64,000 bases of DNA from the human T2T-CHM13v2.0 reference genome, Homo sapiens, in NCBI RefSeq assembly GCF_009914755.1, contig NC_060926.1. One strand, written 5' to 3'. Below, in pieces: positions 12,541 through 24,543 of the stretch (positions within the stretch are counted from its first letter, which is position 1; each line of letters opens with the position of its first letter). Below the pieces are notes generated by a model. It saw nothing but the letters and a program-made list of their open reading frames with translations, had not been told where the DNA came from and searched no databases. The position numbers were made by a program, and so were the translations under genes.

Positions 12541-15500
12541 AACACTCTTTTTGTGGAATCTGCAAGTGGATATTTGTCTAGCTTTGAGGATTTCGTTGGA
12601 AACGGGATTGTCTTCATATAAACTCTAGACAGAAGCATTCTCAGAAGCTTCATTGGGATGTTTCAATTGAAGTCACAGTGTTGAACAGTTCCTTTCATAG
12701 AACAGGTTTGAAACACTCTTTTTGTAGTATCTGGAAGTGGACATTTGGAGCGCTCTCAGGACTACGGTGAAAAAGGAAATATCTTCCAATAAAAGCTACA
12801 TAGAAGCAATGTCAGAAACTTTTTCATCATGTATCTACTCAGCTAACAGAGTTGAACCTTTCCTTTGAGAGAGCAGTTTTGAAACACTCTTTTTGTGGAA
12901 TCTGCAAGTGGATATTTGTCTAGCTTTGAGGATTTCGTTGGAAACGGGATTACATATAAAAAGCAGACAGCAGCATTCCCAGAATCTTCTTTGTGATGTT
13001 TGCATTCAAGTCACAGAGTTGAACATTCCCTTTCATAGAGCAGGTTTGAAACACTCTTTTTGTAGTATCTGGATGTGGACATTTGGAGCGCTTTCAGGCC
13101 TATGGTGAAAAAGGAAATATCTTCCCCTGAAAACTAGACAGAAGCATTCTCAGAATCTTATTTGTGATGTGCGCCCTCAACTAACAGTGTTGAAGCTTTC
13201 TTTTGATAGAGCAGTTTTGAAACACTCTTTTTGTAAAATCTGCAAGAGGATATTTGGATAGCTTTGAGGATTTCGTTGGAAACGGGATTGTCTTCATATA
13301 AACTCTAGACAGAAGCATTCTCAGAAGCTTCATTGGGATGTTTCAATTGAAGTCACAGTGTTGAACAGTCCCTTTCATAGAGCAGGTTTGAAACACTCTT
13401 TTTGTAGTATCTGGAAGTGGACATTTGGAACGCTCTCAGGACTGCGGTGAAAAAGGAAATATCTTCCAATAAAAGCTAGATAGAAGCAATGTCAGAAACT
13501 TTTTCATGATGTATCTACTCAGCTAACAGAGTTGAACCTTTCTTTTGAGAGAGCAGTTTTGAAACACTCTTTTTGTAAAATCTGCAAGAGGATATTTGGA
13601 TAGCTTTGAGGATTTCGTAGGAAACGGGATTGTCTTCATATAAACTCTAGACAGAAGCATTCTCAGAAGCGTCATTGGGATGTTTCAATTGAAGTCACAG
13701 TGTTGAACAGTCCCTTTCATAGAGCAGGTTTGAAACACTCTTTTTGTAGTATCTGGATGTGGACATTTGGAGCGCTTTCAGGCCTATGGTTTAAAAGGAA
13801 ATATCTTCCCCTGAAAACTAGACAGAAGCATTCTCAGAAACTTATTTGTGATGTGCGCCCTCAACTAACAGTGTTGAAGCTTTCTTTTGATAGAGCAGTT
13901 TTGAAACACTCTTTTTGTAAAATCTGCAAGAGGATATTTGGATAGCTTTGAGGATTTCGTTGGAAACGGGATTGTCTTCATATAAACTCTAGACAGAAGC
14001 ATTCTCAGAAGCTTCATTGGGATGTTTCAATTGAAGTCACAGTGTTGAACAGTCCCTTTCATAGAGCAGGTTTGAAACACTCTTTTTGTAGTATCTGGAA
14101 GTGGACATTTGGAGCGCTCTCAGGACTGCGGTGAAAAAGGAACTATCTTCCAATAAAAGCTAGATAGAAGCAATGTCAGAAACTTTTTCATGATGTATCT
14201 ACTCAGCTAACAGAGTTGAACCTTCCTTTGAGAGAGCAGTTTTGAAACACTCTTTTTGTGGAATCTGCAAGTGGATATTTGTCTAGCTTTGAGGATTTCG
14301 TTGGAAACGGGATTACATATAAAAAGCAGACAGCAGCATTCCCAGAAACTTCTTTGTGATGTTTGCATTCAAGTCACAGAGTTGAACATTCCCTTTCATA
14401 GAGCAGGTTTGAAACACTCTTTTTGTAGTATCTGGATGTGGACATTTGCAGCGCTTTCAGGCCTAAGGTGAAAAAGGAAATATCTTCCCCTGAAAACTAG
14501 ACAGAAGCATTCTCAGAAACTTATTTGTGATGTGCGCCCTCAACTAACAGTGTTGAAGCTTTCTTTTGATAGAGCAGTTTTGAAACACTCTTTTTGTAAT
14601 ATCTGCAAGAGGATATTTGGATAGCTTTGAGGATTTCGTTGGAAACGGGATTGTCTTCATATAAACTCTAGACAGAAGCATTCTCAGAAGCTTCATTGGG
14701 ATGTTTCAATTGAAGTCACAGTGTTGAACAGTTCCTTTCATAGAACAGGTTTGAAACACTCTTTTTGTAGTATCTGGAAGTGGACATTTGGAGCGCTCTC
14801 AGGACTACGGTGAAAATGGAAATATCTTACAATAAAAGCTACATAGAAGCAATGTCAGAAACTTTTTCATGATGTATCTACTCAGCTAACAGAGTTGAAC
14901 CTTTCCTTTGAGAGAGCAGTTTTGAAACACTCTTTTTGTGGAATCTGCAAGTGGATATTTGTCTAGCTTTGAGGATTTCGTTGGAAACGGGATTACATAT
15001 AAAAAGCAGACAGCAGCATTCCCAGAATCTTCTTTGTGATGTTTGCATTCAAGTCACAGAGTTGAACATTCCCTTTCATAGAGCAGGTTTCAAACACTCT
15101 TTTTGTAGTATCTGGATGTGGACATTTGGAGCGCTTTCAGGCCTATGGTGAAAAAGGAAATATCTTCCCCTGAAAACTAGACAGAAGCATTCTCAGAATC
15201 TTATTTGTGATGTGCGCCCTCAACTAACAGTGTTGAAGCTTTCTTTTGATAGAGCAGTTTTGAAACACTCTTTTTGTAAAATCTGCAAGAGGATATTTGG
15301 ATAGCTTTGAGGATTTCGTTGGAAACGGGATTGTCTTCATATAAACTCTAGACAGAAGCATTCTCAGAAGCTTCATTGGGATGTTTCAATTGAAGTCACA
15401 GTGTTGAACAGTCCCTTTCATAGAGCAGGTTTGAAACACTCTTTTTGTAGTATCTGGAAGTGGACATTTGGAACGCTCTCAGGACTGCGGTGAAAAAGGA

Positions 15501-18500
15501 AATATCTTCCAATAAAAGCTAGATAGAAGCAATGTCAGAAACTTTTTCATGATGTATCTACTCAGCTAACAGAGTTGAACCTTTCTTTTGAGAGAGCAGT
15601 TTTGAAACACTCGTTTTGTGGAATCTGCAAGTGGATATTTGTCTACCTTTGAGGATTTCGTTGGAAACGGGATTACATATAAAAAGCAGACAGCAGCATT
15701 CCCAGAAACTTCTTTGTGATGTTTGCATTCAAGTCACAGAGTTGAACATTCCCTTTCATAGAGCAGGTTTGAAACACTCTTTTTGTAGTATCTGGATGTG
15801 GACATTTGCAGCGCTTTCAGGCCTAAGGTGAAAAAGGAAATATCTTCCCCTGAAAACTAGACAGAAGCATTCTCAGAAACTTATTTGTGATGTGCGCCCT
15901 CAACTAACAGTGTTGAAGCTTTCTTTTGATAGAGCAGTTTTGAAACACTCTTTTTGTAATATCTGCAAGAGGATATTTGGATAGCTTTGAGGATTTCGTT
16001 GGAAACGGGATTGTCTTCATATAAACTCTAGACAGAAGCATTCTCAGAAGCTTCATTGGGATGTTTCAATTGAAGTCACAGTGTTGAACAGTCCCTTTCA
16101 TAGAGCAGGTTTGAAACACTCTTTTTGTAGTATCTGGAAGTGGACATTTGGAACGCTCTCAGGACTGCGGTGAAAAAGGAAATATCTTCCAATAAAAGCT
16201 AGATAGAAGCAATGTCAGAAACTTTTTCATGATGTATCTACTCAGCTAACAGAGTTGAACCTTTCTTTTGAGAGAGCAGTTTTGTAACACTCTTTTTGTG
16301 GAATCTGCAAGTGGATATTTGTCTAGCTTTGAGGATTTCGTTGGAAACGGGATTGTCTTCATATAAACTCTAGACAGAAGCATTCTCAGAAGCTTCATTG
16401 GGATGTTTCAATTGAAGTCACAGTGTTGAACAGTTCCTTTCATAGAACAGGTTTGAAACACTCTTTTTGTAGTATCTGGAAGTGGACATTTGGAGCGCTC
16501 TCAGGACTACGGTGAAAAAGGAAATATCTTCCAATAAAAGCTACATAGAAGCAATGTCAGAAACTTTTTCATCATGTATCTACTCAGCTAACAGAGTTGA
16601 ACCTTTCCTTTGAGAGAGCAGTTTTGAAACACTCTTTTTGTGGAATCTGCAAGTGGATATTTGTCTAGCTTTGAGGATTTCGTTGGAAACGGGATTACAT
16701 ATAAAAAGCAGACAGCAGCATTCCCAGAATCTTCTTTGTGATGTTTGCATTCAAGTCACAGAGTTGAACATTCCCTTTCATAGAGCAGGTTTGAAACACT
16801 CTTTTTGTAGTATCTGGATGTGGACATTTGGAGCGCTTTCAGGCCTATGGTGAAAAAGGAAATATCTTCCCCTGAAAACTAGACAGAAGCATTCTCAGAA
16901 TCTTATTTGTGATGTGCGCCCTCAACTAACAGTGTTGAAGCTTTCTTTTGATAGAGCAGTTTTGAAACACTCTTTTTGTAAAATCTGCAAGAGGATATTT
17001 GGATAGCTTTGAGGATTTCGTTGGAAACGGGATTGTCTTCATATAAACTCTAGACAGAAGCATTCTCAGAAGCTTCATTGGGATGTTTCAATTGAAGTCA
17101 CAGTGTTGAACAGTCCCTTTCATAGAGCAGGTTTGAAACACTCTTTTTGTAGTATCTGGAAGTGGACATTTGGAACGCTCTCAGGACTGCGGTGAAAAAG
17201 GAAATATCTTCCAATAAAAGCTAGATAGAAGCAATGTCAGAAACTTTTTCATGATGTATCTACTCAGCTAACAGAGTTGAACCTTTCTTTTGAGAGAGCA
17301 GTTTTGAAACACTCTTTTTGTAAAATCTGCAAGAGGATATTTGGATAGCTTTGAGGATTTCGTAGGAAACGGGATTGTCTTCATATAAACTCTAGACAGA
17401 AGCATTCTCAGAAGCGTCATTGGGATGTTTCAATTGAAGTCACAGTGTTGAACAGTCCCTTTCATAGAGCAGGTTTGAAACACTCTTTTTGTAGTATCTG
17501 GATGTGGACATTTGGAGCGCTTTCAGGCCTATGGTTTAAAAGGAAATATCTTCCCCTGAAAACTAGACAGAAGCATTCTCAGAAACTTATTTGTGATGTG
17601 CGCCCTCAACTAACAGTGTTGAAGCTTTCTTTTGATAGAGCAGTTTTGAAACACTCTTTTTGTAAAATCTGCAAGAGGATATTTGGATAGCTTTGAGGAT
17701 TTCGTTGGAAACGGGATTGTCTTCATATAAACTCTAGACAGAAGCATTCTCAGAAGCTTCATTGGGATGTTTCAATTGAAGTCACAGTGTTGAACAGTCC
17801 CTTTCATAGAGCAGGTTTGAAACACTCTTTTTGTAGTATCTGGAAGTGGACATTTGGAGCGCTCTCAGGACTGCGGTGAAAAAGGAACTATCTTCCAATA
17901 AAAGCTAGATAGAAGCAATGTCAGAAACTTTTTCATGATGTATCTACTCAGCTAACAGAGTTGAACCTTCCTTTGAGAGAGCAGTTTTGAAACACTCTTT
18001 TTGTGGAATCTGCAAGTGGATATTTGTCTAGCTTTGAGGATTTCGTTGGAAACGGGATTACATATAAAAAGCAGACAGCAGCATTCCCAGAAACTTCTTT
18101 GTGATGTTTGCATTCAAGTCACAGAGTTGAACATTCCCTTTCATAGAGCAGGTTTGAAACACTCTTTTTGTAGTATCTGGATGTGGACATTTGCAGCGCT
18201 TTCAGGCCTAAGGTGAAAAAGGAAATATCTTCCCCTGAAAACTAGACAGAAGCATTCTCAGAAACTTATTTGTGATGTGCGCCCTCAACTAACAGTGTTG
18301 AAGCTTTCTTTTGATAGAGCAGTTTTGAAACACTCTTTTTGTAATATCTGCAAGAGGATATTTGGATAGCTTTGAGGATTTCGTTGGAAACGGGATTGTC
18401 TTCATATAAACTCTAGACAGAAGCATTCTCAGAAGCTTCATTGGGATGTTTCAATTGAAGTCACAGTGTTGAACAGTTCCTTTCATAGAACAGGTTTGAA

Positions 18501-20071
18501 ACACTCTTTTTGTAGTATCTGGAAGTGGACATTTGGAGCGCTCTCAGGACTACGGTGAAAATGGAAATATCTTACAATAAAAGCTACATAGAAGCAATGT
18601 CAGAAACTTTTTCATGATGTATCTACTCAGCTAACAGAGTTGAACCTTTCCTTTGAGAGAGCAGTTTTGAAACACTCTTTTTGTGGAATCTGCAAGTGGA
18701 TATTTGTCTAGCTTTGAGGATTTCGTTGGAAACGGGATTACATATAAAAAGCAGACAGCAGCATTCCCAGAATCTTCTTTGTGATGTTTGCATTCAAGTC
18801 ACAGAGTTGAACATTCCCTTTCATAGAGCAGGTTTCAAACACTCTTTTTGTAGTATCTGGATGTGGACATTTGGAGCGCTTTCAGGCCTATGGTGAAAAA
18901 GGAAATATCTTCCCCTGAAAACTAGACAGAAGCATTCTCAGAATCTTATTTGTGATGTGCGCCCTCAACTAACAGTGTTGAAGCTTTCTTTTGATAGAGC
19001 AGTTTTGAAACACTCTTTTTGTAAAATCTGCAAGAGGATATTTGGATAGCTTTGAGGATTTCGTTGGAAACGGGATTGTCTTCATATAAACTCTAGACAG
19101 AAGCATTCTCAGAAGCTTCATTGGGATGTTTCAATTGAAGTCACAGTGTTGAACAGTCCCTTTCATAGAGCAGGTTTGAAACACTCTTTTTGTAGTATCT
19201 GGAAGTGGACATTTGGAACGCTCTCAGGACTGCGGTGAAAAAGGAAATATCTTCCAATAAAAGCTAGATAGAAGCAATGTCAGAAACTTTTTCATGATGT
19301 ATCTACTCAGCTAACAGAGTTGAACCTTTCTTTTGAGAGAGCAGTTTTGAAACACTCGTTTTGTGGAATCTGCAAGTGGATATTTGTCTACCTTTGAGGA
19401 TTTCGTTGGAAACGGGATTACATATAAAAAGCAGACAGCAGCATTCCCAGAAACTTCTTTGTGATGTTTGCATTCAAGTCACAGAGTTGAACATTCCCTT
19501 TCATAGAGCAGGTTTGAAACACTCTTTTTGTAGTATCTGGATGTGGACATTTGCAGCGCTTTCAGGCCTAAGGTGAAAAAGGAAATATCTTCCCCTGAAA
19601 ACTAGACAGAAGCATTCTCAGAAACTTATTTGTGATGTGCGCCCTCAACTAACAGTGTTGAAGCTTTCTTTTGATAGAGCAGTTTTGAAACACTCTTTTT
19701 GTAATATCTGCAAGAGGATATTTGGATAGCTTTGAGGATTTCGTTGGAAACGGGATTGTCTTCATATAAACTCTAGACAGAAGCATTCTCAGAAGCTTCA
19801 TTGGGATGTTTCAATTGAAGTCACAGTGTTGAACAGTCCCTTTCATAGAGCAGGTTTGAAACACTCTTTTTGTAGTATCTGGAAGTGGACATTTGGAACG
19901 CTCTCAGGACTGCGGTGAAAAAGGAAATATCTTCCAATAAAAGCTAGATAGAAGCAATGTCAGAAACTTTTTCATGATGTATCTACTCAGCTAACAGAGT
20001 TGAACCTTTCTTTTGAGAGAGCAGTTTTGTAACACTCTTTTTGTGGAATCTGCAAGTGGATATTTGTCTAG
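12541..20071 (+). repeat. Tandem duplication of a 3745-bp (22-monomer) block
   Basis: Rare variants (TTCATCATG, TTTCGTAGG, CTTACAAT, CTCGTTTT, TTGTAACAC) and ORF pairs (12893/16638, 13700/17445, 14256/18001, 14936/18681, 15616/19361) recur at exactly 3745 bp. Confidence 0.93.
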
Positions 20072-23000
20072 ATTTGAGGATTTCGTTGGAAACGGGATTA
20101 CATATAAAAAGCAGACAGCAGCATTCCCAGTAACTTCTTTGTGATGTTTGCATTCAAGTCACAGAGTTGAACATTCCCTTTCATAGAGCAGGTTTGAAAC
20201 ACTTTTTTTGTAGTATCTGGATGTGGACATTTGGAGCGCTTTCAGGCCTATGGTGAAAAAGGAAATATCTTCCAATAAAAGCTACATAAAAGCAATGTCA
20301 GAAACTTTTTCATGATGTATCTACTCAGCTAACAGAGTTGAACCTTTCTTTTGAGAGAGCAGTTTTGAAACACTCTTTTTGTGGAATCTGGAAGTGGATA
20401 TTTGTCTAGTTTTGAGGATTTTGTTGGAAACGGGATTACATATAAAAAGCAGACAGCAGCATTCCCAGTATCTTCCTTGTGATGTTTGCATTCAAGTCAC
20501 AGAGTTGAACATTCCCTTTCATAGAGCAGGTTTGAAACACTCTTTTTGTAGTATCTGGATGTGGACATTTGGAGCGCTTTCAGGCCTATTGTGAAAAAGG
20601 AAATATCTTCCCCTGAAAACTAGACAGAAGAATTCTCAGAATCTTATTTGTGATGTGCGCCCTCAACTAACAGTGTTGAAGCTTTCTTTTGATAGAGCAG
20701 TTTTGAAACACTCTTTTTGTAAAATCTGCAAGAGGATATTTGGATAGCTTTGAGGATTTCGTTGGAAACGGGATTGTCTTCATATAAACTCTACACAGAA
20801 GCTTTCTCAGAAGCGTCATTGGGATGTTTCAATTGAAGTCACAGTGTTGAACAGTCCCTTTCATAGAGCAGGTTTGAAACACTCTTTTTCTAGTATCTGG
20901 ATGTGGACATTTGGAGCGCTTTCAGGCCTATGGTTTAAAAGGAAATATCTTCCCCTGAAAACTAGACAGAAGCATTCTCAGAAACTTATTTGTGATGTGC
21001 GCCTTCAACTAACAGTGTTGAAGCATTCTTTTGATAGAGCAGTTTTGAAACACTCTTTTTGTGGAATCTGCAAGTGGATATTTGTCTAGCTTTGAGGATT
21101 TCGTTGGAAACGGGATTACATATAAAAAGCAGACAGCAGCATTCCCAGAAACTTCTTTGTGATGTTTGCATTCAAGTCACAGAGTTGAACATTCCCTTTC
21201 AGAGAGCAGGTTTGAAACACTCTTTTTGTAGTATCTGGATGTGGACATTTGGAGCGCTTTCAGGCCTATGGTGAAAAAGGAAATATCTTCCCCTGAAAAC
21301 TAGACAGAAGCATTCTCAGAATCTTATTTGTGATGTGCGCCCTCAACTAACAGTGTTGAAGCTTTCTTTTGATAGAGCAGTTTTGAAACACTCTTTTTGT
21401 AAAATCTGCAAGAGGATATTTGGATAGCTTTGAGGATTTCGTTGGAAACGGGATTGTCTTCATATAAACTCTAGACAGAAGCATTCTCAGAAGCTTCATT
21501 GGGATGTTTCAATTGAAGTCACAGTGTTGAACAGTCCCTTTCATAGAGCAGGTTTGAAACACTCTTTTTGTAGTATCTGGAAGTGGACATTTGGAGCGCT
21601 CTCAGGACTGCGGTGAAAAAGGAAATATCTTCCAATAAAAGCTAGATAGAAGCAATGTCAGAAACTTTTTCATGATGTATCTACTCAGCTAACAGAGTTG
21701 AACCTTCCTTTGAGAGAGCAGTTTTGAAACACTCTTTTTGTGGAATCTGCAAGTGGATATTTGTCTAGCTTTGAGGATTTCGTTGGAAACGGGATTACAT
21801 ATAAAAAGCAGACAGCAGCATTCCCAGAAACTTCTTTGTGATGTTTGCATTCAAGTCACAGAGTTGAACATTCCCTTTCATAGAACAGGTTTGAAACACT
21901 CTTTTTGTAGTATCTGGAAGTGGACATTTGGAGCGCTCTCAGGACTATGGTGGAAAAGGAAATATCTTCCAATAAAAGCTACATAGAAGCAATGTCAGAA
22001 ACTTTTTCATGATGTATCTACTCAGCTAACAGAGTTGAACCTTTCCTTTGAGAGAGCAGTTTTGAAACACTCTATTTGTGGAATCTGCAGGTGGATATTT
22101 GTCTAGCTTTGAGGATTTCGTTGGAAACGGGATTACATATAAAAAGCAGACAGCAGCATTCCCAGTAACTTCTTTGTGATGTTTGCATTCAAGTCACAGA
22201 GTTGAACATTGCCTTTCATAGAGCAGGTTTCAAACACTCTTTTTGTAGTATCTGGATGTGGACATTTGGAGCGCTTTCAGGCCTATGGTGAAAAAGGAAA
22301 TATCTTCCCCTGAAAACTAGACAGAAGCATTCTCAGAATCTTATTTGTGATGTGCGCCCTCAACTAACAGTGTTGAAGCTTTCTTTTGATAGAGCAGTTT
22401 TGAAACACTCTTTTTGTAAAATCTGCAAGAGGATATTTGGATAGCTTTGAGGATTTCGTTGGAAACGGGATTGTCTTCATATAAACTCTAGACAGAAGCA
22501 TTCTCAGAAGCTTCATTGGCATGTTTCAATTGAAGTCACAGTGTTGAACAGTCCCTTTCATAAAGCAGGTTTCAAACACTCTTTTTGTAGTATCTGGATG
22601 TGGACATTTGGAGCGCTTTCAGGCCTATGGTGAAAAAGGAAATATCTTCCCCTGAAAACTAGACAGAAGCATTCTCAGAAACTTATTTGTGATGTGCGCC
22701 CTCAACTAACAGTGTTGAAGCTTTCTTTTGATAGAGCAGTTTTGAAACACTCTTTTTGTAATATCTGCAAGAGGATATTAGGATAGCTTTGAGGATTTCG
22801 TTGGAAACGGGATTAATTATAAAAAGCAGTCAGCAGCATTCCCAGAATCTTGTTTGTGATGTTTGCATTCAAGTCACAGAGTTGAACATTCCCTTTCAGA
22901 GAGTAGGTTTGAAACACTCTTTTTATAGTATCTGGATGTGGACATTTGGAGCGCTTTCAGGCCTAAGGTGAAAAAGGAAATATCTTCTCCTGAAAACTAG

Positions 23001-24543
23001 ACAGAAGCATTCTCAGAATCTTATTTGTGATGTGCGCCCTCAACTAACAGTGTTGAAGCTTTCTTTTGATAGAGCAGTTTTGAAACACTCTTTTCGTAAA
23101 ATCTGCAAGAGGATATTTTGATAGCTTTGAGGATTTCGTTGGAAACGGGATTGTCTTCATATAAACTCTAGACAGAAGCATTCTCAGAAGCTTCATTGGG
23201 ATGTTTCAATTGAAGTCACAGTGTTGAACAGTCCCTTTCATAGAGCAGGTTTGAAACACTCTTTTTGTAGTATCTGGAAGTGGACATTTGGAGAGATCTC
23301 AGGAATACGGTGATAAAGGAAATATCTTCCAATAAAAGCTAGATAGAAGCAATGTCAGAAACTTTTTCATGATGTATCTACTCAGCTAACAGAGTTGAAC
23401 CTTTCTTTTGAGAGAGCAGTTTTGAAACACTCTTTTTGTGGAATCTGCAAGTGGATATTTGTCTAGCTTTGAGGATTTCGTTGGAAACGGGATTACATAT
23501 AAAAAGCAGACAGCAGCATTCCCAGTAACTTCTTTGTGAGGTTTGCATTCAAGTGACAGAGTTGAACATTCCCTTTCATAGAGCAGGTTTGAAACACTCT
23601 TTTTGTAGTATCTGGATGTGGACATTTGGAGCGCTTTCAGGCCTATGGTGAAAAAGGAAATATCTTCGAATAAAAGCTACATAGAAGCAATGTCAGAAAC
23701 TTTTTCATGATGTATCTACTCAGCTAACAGAGTTGAACCTTTCTTTTGATAGAGCAGTTTTGAAACACTCTTTTTGTGGAATCTGGAAGTGGATATTTGT
23801 CTAGCTTTGAGGATTTCGTTGGAAACGGGATTACATATAAAAAGCAGACAGCAGCATTCCCAGTAACTTCTTTGTGACGTTTGCATTCAAGTCACAGAGT
23901 TGAACATTCCCTTTCATAGAGCAGGTTTGAAACACTCTTTTTGTAGTATCTGGATGTGGACATTTGGAGCGCTTTCAGGCCTATGGTGAAAAAGGAAATA
24001 TCTTCCCCTGAAAACTAGACAGAAGAATTCTCAGAATCTTATTTGTGATGTGCGCCATCAACTAACAGTGTTGAAGCTTTCTTTTGATAGAGCAGTTTTG
24101 AAACACTCTTTTTGTAAAATCTGCAAGACGATATTTGGATAGCTTTGAGGATTTCGTTGGAAACGGGATTGTCTTCATATAAACTCTAGACAGAAGCATT
24201 CTCAGAAGCGTCATTGGGATGTTTCAATTGAAGTCACAGTGTTGAACATTCCCTTTCATAGAGCAGGTTTGAAACACTCTTTTTGTAGTATCTGGATGTG
24301 GACATTTGGAGCGCTTTCAGGCCTATGGTTTAAAAGGAAATATCTTCCCCTGAAAACTAGACAGAAGCATTCTCAGAAACTTATTTGTGATGTGCGCCCT
24401 CAACTAACAGTGTTGAAGCATTCTTTTGATAGAGCAGTTTTGAAACACTCTTTTTGTGGAATCTGCAAGTGGATATTTGTCTAGCTTTGAGGATTTCGTT
24501 GGAAACGGGATTACATATAAAAAGCAGACAGCAGCATTCCCAG
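18706..24543 (+). repeat. Dispersed copy of the block at 1-4141 (offset 18705, then 20402)
   Basis: Shared rare variants: CTACCTTT, TTTTGTTGG box, GTATCTTCCTTG, CTTCGAAT, GTGACGTT, GCCATC, CAAGACGAT. ORF pairs 1674/20379 and 2984/23386 give the two offsets. Confidence 0.9.
20419..20435 (+). promoter_or_regulatory. Mutated CENP-B box (C4>T, essential base)
   Basis: TTTTGTTGGAAACGGGA, the duplicate of 1714. Confidence 0.88.
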
